Shown here: positions 60,412 through 64,000 of the stretch, in pieces
How the letters are laid out: each line of letters opens with the position of its first letter
Numbering within the stretch: the first letter of the stretch is position 1
Virus record (IMG/VR): IMGVR_UViG_2667527770_000005
Location: 1-64,000 of that record
Direction: 5' to 3' (one strand)
DNA: 64,000 bases
From: a virus
Lineage: Duplodnaviria > Heunggongvirae > Uroviricota > Caudoviricetes
Notes under the pieces: model-generated
Database searches by the model: none
What the model was told of the DNA's origin: nothing
The model's input: the letters and a program-made list of their open reading frames with translations, nothing else
Translations under genes and position numbers: made by a program

Positions 60412-61313
60412 TGCTTAGCCTCTCCGCCAAGGGCATTTACCAGAGCATCAACCAGGCACGAAATTTCACTGGTCAACAGGAAGAAATCTGCGTCCAGTCG
60501 CTGCGCAACATCTTCACTATCAATATCAGCGTTCTGCTCAAGCAATTCATCCGCAAATTTGACGCTGGTAAGGCTGAAGTTATGGTCCAGTGTAAATTTA
60601 ATGCGGTTCTGCCAGTCGAGTGCCAACTTAGTGACGAGCTTGCCAGCTTCCAGGTGTGTGGATATTTCATCACTTCCCAAGTCCTGCTTTTTCACTCGGG
60701 CAATACCGCCATCCTCAAGCACTGCCTTAAGTTCTGCCGCATCCCCCATTTGAAATCCCTGCGGAGCACTACCATCACGCACCCAGTCGGTCAGCGTTAA
60801 CTCAATTTGATTTTCAACACTTAGGGGCACAACAGGAAGAGAACCCAGAGATTTACGCATAAGCGCGAGCATATCCTCTGCCTGTCGCGCGCTGGCATTG
60901 ATATAGATACGTTTAGTTGAACCGTCGTAGATCGCCTGGATAACAGAAAACTTTGAAAAAGCCCGTGGCAGAAGAGAATGCAGAACTTCGTCTTTCAGGG
61001 AGTCCTTCTCTGTTTTCTTCAGTTTACGCGCTTGTTCTTGCTCAAGTTTTTCAATTTTTTCTTGAATAGCTCGCTGGATAACCGGCGGGGGAAGAATTTT
61101 TGTTTCGCGCTTTGCTTCAACAAGGATAAAACCATTTCCATGCATAGCGATAACTTCGGAATTATCACCAAATGGAGATACAAAACCGAACTTGGCCATA
61201 TCCTGACTACCGCATGGCGTGAAAAGGATCATTTTCTTTTTATCTTCTAAGTCGGTCAGATCCGCCTCACGAGAAAGTTTATAAATAGTAATGTTTTTCC
61301 AGTGCTTAAACAT
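60408..61313 (-). CDS. hrdC: HrdC, RdgC-like recombination-associated protein
   Basis: 302 aa from ATG at 61313 (track ORF extends to 61427); strong similarity to E. coli RdgC as recalled ([47 protein letters not shown]). Confidence 0.85.
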
Positions 61314-61662
61314 GTTGTAACCCTTGAATATCAACCACAGAAAGCTCGTCTTTGTAGAAAAATGCCAGGTTGTGGCACCCCCTCGTTTGAGCGTATGAGC
61401 TGGGACCAATTTCGTTCTTCCAGACAAATGGCTTCAAATCCGTACGGCGAAGCATAAAAACGCGATTTGTTCCGCTCTGATTCCCAATGAGGCAAAAGCC
61501 TTCTTTCACCTTGATAGCCTGCAAGTTGTCGAGTTCACCGCTGGTTACACGGCTATCGAACTCTTTGCGACTTATTAGCTCCATCTGCATCTGACGACTC
61601 CAAACAAATACCCATTGAAGGGCGATGGCTGAATGGTACCGAAAACAAGACATAAAAAACAA
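61306..61662 (-). CDS. hypothetical protein upstream of hrdC (uhr-like by position)
   Basis: 118-aa ORF; true start probably an internal Met because a C1 operator overlaps 61661-61677. Confidence 0.4.
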   Translation of the reverse strand: MFFMSCFRYHSAIALQWVFVWSRQMQMELISRKEFDSRVTSGELDNLQAIKVKEGFCLIGNQSGTNRVFMLRRTDLKPFVWKNEIGPSSYAQTRGCHNLAFFYKDELSVVDIQGLQHV

Positions 61663-61677
61663 TATTTATTAGGGCAA
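61661..61677. promoter_or_regulatory. C1 operator-like site (15/17, reverse) upstream of the uhr-hrdC-dmt operon
   Basis: ATATTTATTAGGGCAAT. Confidence 0.5.
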
Positions 61678-61758
61678 TTATGCAATAGTTGACGCCATGT
61701 AGACCACAAGTAACCTAAGTTAAAATAAAGAAAACCAGAGCAAATTATTGGTGATGCC

Positions 61759-62043
61759 GTGGCAAGTATTGCAACAAAAGACAGCATTTGTTCGGGGCAC
61801 GGAGGATTCCCATCCAGGCCTCCTGTAGAGAGTGAACCACTACTTAAAGTCAACGGAGTCGAAGTGTTAGTTGATGGTAAGCAATATGCACAGCATACCG
61901 ATGGAAACAGTACGCACGGTGGGCAAGCTATATCAACCAGGGCATGGTTTACCGTCAATAGTAAAGGGATCGTATGCGTTGGTGACCCTGTTTCATGCGG
62001 ATCTACCGTAGCGTCCGGAGACGGCCTGGTTCAGGTAAGTTAG
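61759..62043 (+). CDS. small Gly/Cys-rich PAAR-like (spike-tip-like) protein
   Basis: 94-aa ORF; ICSGHGG, THGG, VCVGDPVSCGSTVASG pattern. Confidence 0.45.
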   Translation: MASIATKDSICSGHGGFPSRPPVESEPLLKVNGVEVLVDGKQYAQHTDGNSTHGGQAISTRAWFTVNSKGIVCVGDPVSCGSTVASGDGLVQVS

Positions 62044-62051
62044 GAGATATC

Positions 62052-62840
62052 ATGCTGGAAAAAGACTACCAGTTATCCGCATATAAAAAATTGGCCGCCG
62101 CCGGTGGGATGAAAACACCTGGTGCCATAACATCGGCACGAAACTGTGCTAACACAGCAAAACTGCTTGCAGAAGAATTGACCGGATTAATTCTGGATAC
62201 AATTGTCTATCCCGACACTATTACCTGCTATGTTTCAACGATAAGAACAACCACAACCGGCTTAACGAACATTGGAGAACTGGCAACTAAGCACGCGGAC
62301 CTGTTGGCTGGTTATGCAGATCTGTCAATGCTGCTTCAACTCGATATTGGTTGGGATGTTTACTGCCGTGCTAATGAGCGAGAAGTTTCAGAACTGCCGA
62401 TCTCTATTGCCATTGGTGATGTGAATATTACTAAATCGCTTGAGGACGCTGTTAACGCGCTTAATACATCAAGTTTAGTCGCTGCTATGGGGGAGATTAA
62501 CCAGACCCTTAACACTGGCTCAGTAAGCTCGTCAGGCTCTGGTTCAGGCGGCGGCACTGCCACTCCCCCACCAACACTAACAGAAGAGCAAATTGAATCT
62601 CTGAAAGTAGCAACTGAACAGTTTGGGGTTGTTTTCAACCAGACAACAGCGCCCACAACTGCGTTACAACAGCAGTATGAACGAGCGAATGAAAGCGCCA
62701 ACGTAGCCATAACTGCTTATGGCCATGCTATCGGTACCGCGCTTGCGGAAGCATCAGCAAATAAGGCCAGCACAGCCAGCGCAGTTGCTGCTTTGGTTCC
62801 TGATTCTGTTCTTGATGAATTAAACAAAGCGGCACAGTAA
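62052..62840 (+). CDS. hypothetical protein with Gly/Ser-rich linker
   Basis: ATG at 62052 preceded by AGGAG; track ORF begins earlier at 61995. Confidence 0.45.
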   Translation: MLEKDYQLSAYKKLAAAGGMKTPGAITSARNCANTAKLLAEELTGLILDTIVYPDTITCYVSTIRTTTTGLTNIGELATKHADLLAGYADLSMLLQLDIGWDVYCRANEREVSELPISIAIGDVNITKSLEDAVNALNTSSLVAAMGEINQTLNTGSVSSSGSGSGGGTATPPPTLTEEQIESLKVATEQFGVVFNQTTAPTTALQQQYERANESANVAITAYGHAIGTALAEASANKASTASAVAALVPDSVLDELNKAAQ

Positions 62841-62879
62841 CAAAGGACTTCATTGATAATTTTTCTTCAGGAGGAAGAC

Positions 62880-63296
62880 ATGTCATTCTTTTCTACGTTA
62901 AAAACAGCTTTGTCTTTGAAGGAGAAACTTGCTGCTACTGGTGTTCTTGTTCTGATTTGCGCACTTGTTGGTGCTGGGTTTGCATGGGAACGTCATCAGC
63001 TAAAGCAAGCCATAGAGAAAATTGGCAGTCTTGATCAGGCTGTTAAGGAACGTGATAAGTCAATAATGGATCTTAACCAGACCATTGAGACGATGAACAA
63101 AGCAGAGCAACATTTTCACAGCCAGGAAGTGAAAAATGAATCAGAGCAAGCCAAGTATGCTGACAGGCAAATGGAACGAAAAGCTGAAGTTCAGAAACAA
63201 CTGGTTGCGGCGGGTAATGTTCGCCAGCGCATTCCTGCTGACACTCAGCGGTTGCTCCGGGAGTCGATCAGCGAATTTAACGCCGACAAAGGTTAA
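62880..63296 (+). CDS. i-spanin-like (Rz-like) lysis protein
   Basis: ATG at 62880 after GAGGAAG RBS; N-terminal TM helix then coiled-coil. Confidence 0.5.
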   Translation: MSFFSTLKTALSLKEKLAATGVLVLICALVGAGFAWERHQLKQAIEKIGSLDQAVKERDKSIMDLNQTIETMNKAEQHFHSQEVKNESEQAKYADRQMERKAEVQKQLVAAGNVRQRIPADTQRLLRESISEFNADKG

Positions 63297-63462
63297 CCAC
63301 CCTGCCCCCAAAAGTGCATTTATGTGCAGGATGCCGGAGTTTAGCAGTGAATATTTTGATGATCTGCCAGCGTATATCCTCGATACAGAAACGATGCTGA
63401 TGGGGATTAACAGGAAGAATCGCAACGTTAATGATTACAACCGCGCTATCAGCGGTAACTAA
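63136..63462 (+). CDS. o-spanin-like lipoprotein (Rz1-like) overlapping the i-spanin gene out of frame
   Basis: lipobox LTLSGC; starts within and extends beyond upstream gene; exact start uncertain (63157 or 63217 possible). Confidence 0.5.
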   Translation: MNQSKPSMLTGKWNEKLKFRNNWLRRVMFASAFLLTLSGCSGSRSANLTPTKVNHPAPKSAFMCRMPEFSSEYFDDLPAYILDTETMLMGINRKNRNVNDYNRAISGN

Positions 63463-63473
63463 AAGGGATTTTT

Positions 63474-63866
63474 ATGTCTGATAAAGTAACAGTTAAGCAA
63501 ACTATCAACAAAGCGACTTCAATCTACAAAATTGAGCACATCACTGTTGGCAAGCCAGGATCTGAACAATACCGTCATGCTTTCGAGCTTGCCGCTCAGC
63601 TTGGTTTAAAACACCCGGATTGCATTGAGCATGTATTTCCGACCTATGCTGATGAGCAATGTACTCATGTTCTTACCGAAGAGGATTTTTTCAGCACTGA
63701 AGAACGAGAAGGCGTTGATCGCTGCATTGGTGTGATTTGCTCTTCAGTGAGTTATGAGTTATTCCCTAATGTCCATGAAAATGGTGGTATTGGATACCAA
63801 TTCCTGTACGAAGGCGATGAGCTTAAATGTTATGAACATGGTCTTCTTATCGAAAGCGTAGAATAA
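63474..63866 (+). CDS. hypothetical protein
   Basis: 130-aa ORF. Confidence 0.45.
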   Translation: MSDKVTVKQTINKATSIYKIEHITVGKPGSEQYRHAFELAAQLGLKHPDCIEHVFPTYADEQCTHVLTEEDFFSTEEREGVDRCIGVICSSVSYELFPNVHENGGIGYQFLYEGDELKCYEHGLLIESVE

Positions 63867-63908
63867 TACCCTTCCTTCCAACCGGCTATGTTGGCCGGTT
63901 TATTCAAC

Positions 63909-63979
63909 TTATCCACAGCATAGATCCAATAAACAGATCCCAAAGAGAACCTAGGAAGATCCAAAGAAGATCCCGGATC
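63909..63979. other. start of oriR-like plasmid replication origin (DnaA box plus GATC-rich repeats), truncated by window end
   Basis: perfect DnaA box TTATCCACA at 63909-63917 followed by five GATC sites in AGATCC-type heptamers (63923-63979). Confidence 0.55.
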
Positions 63980-64000
63980 GCTGTAAGCCGCGCCGTTCAT

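Overview
The window is about 64 kb of a P1-like temperate phage-plasmid, oriented opposite to the usual P1 map and spanning the loxP/cre genome junction. Recognised backbone, left to right: the edge of the invertible tail-fibre segment (cix site, cin); holin-like genes; the Dar anti-restriction operon (hdf-darA-ddrA-ddrB); ssb; SAR endolysin lyz; pro/prt; darB-ulx-lxc; mat, ref, cre, loxP; coi-c1 immunity; pacB/pacA with the pac site; lpa; pdcB; phd-doc; humD with a LexA box; hot; a block of early/morphogenetic genes; ban; a tRNA cluster with plp/upl; dmt; hrdC; spanin-like genes; and the start of an oriR-like origin. C1-operator-like sites precede most early operons. Unusual or accessory content: (1) an AT-rich SIR2-like gene in the slot where I recall P1 carrying its type III res-mod genes, the best candidate for an undescribed single-gene defence system; (2) a LAGLIDADG intein splitting the catalytic PCQ motif of Dmt; (3) a general-porin gene in an AT-rich island; (4) a complete EcoR124-family type IC R-M system; (5) an extra class-II tRNA, a tRNA-like remnant and paired structured-RNA elements. 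All calls rest on motif reading and recollection of P1; no database search or computation was run.
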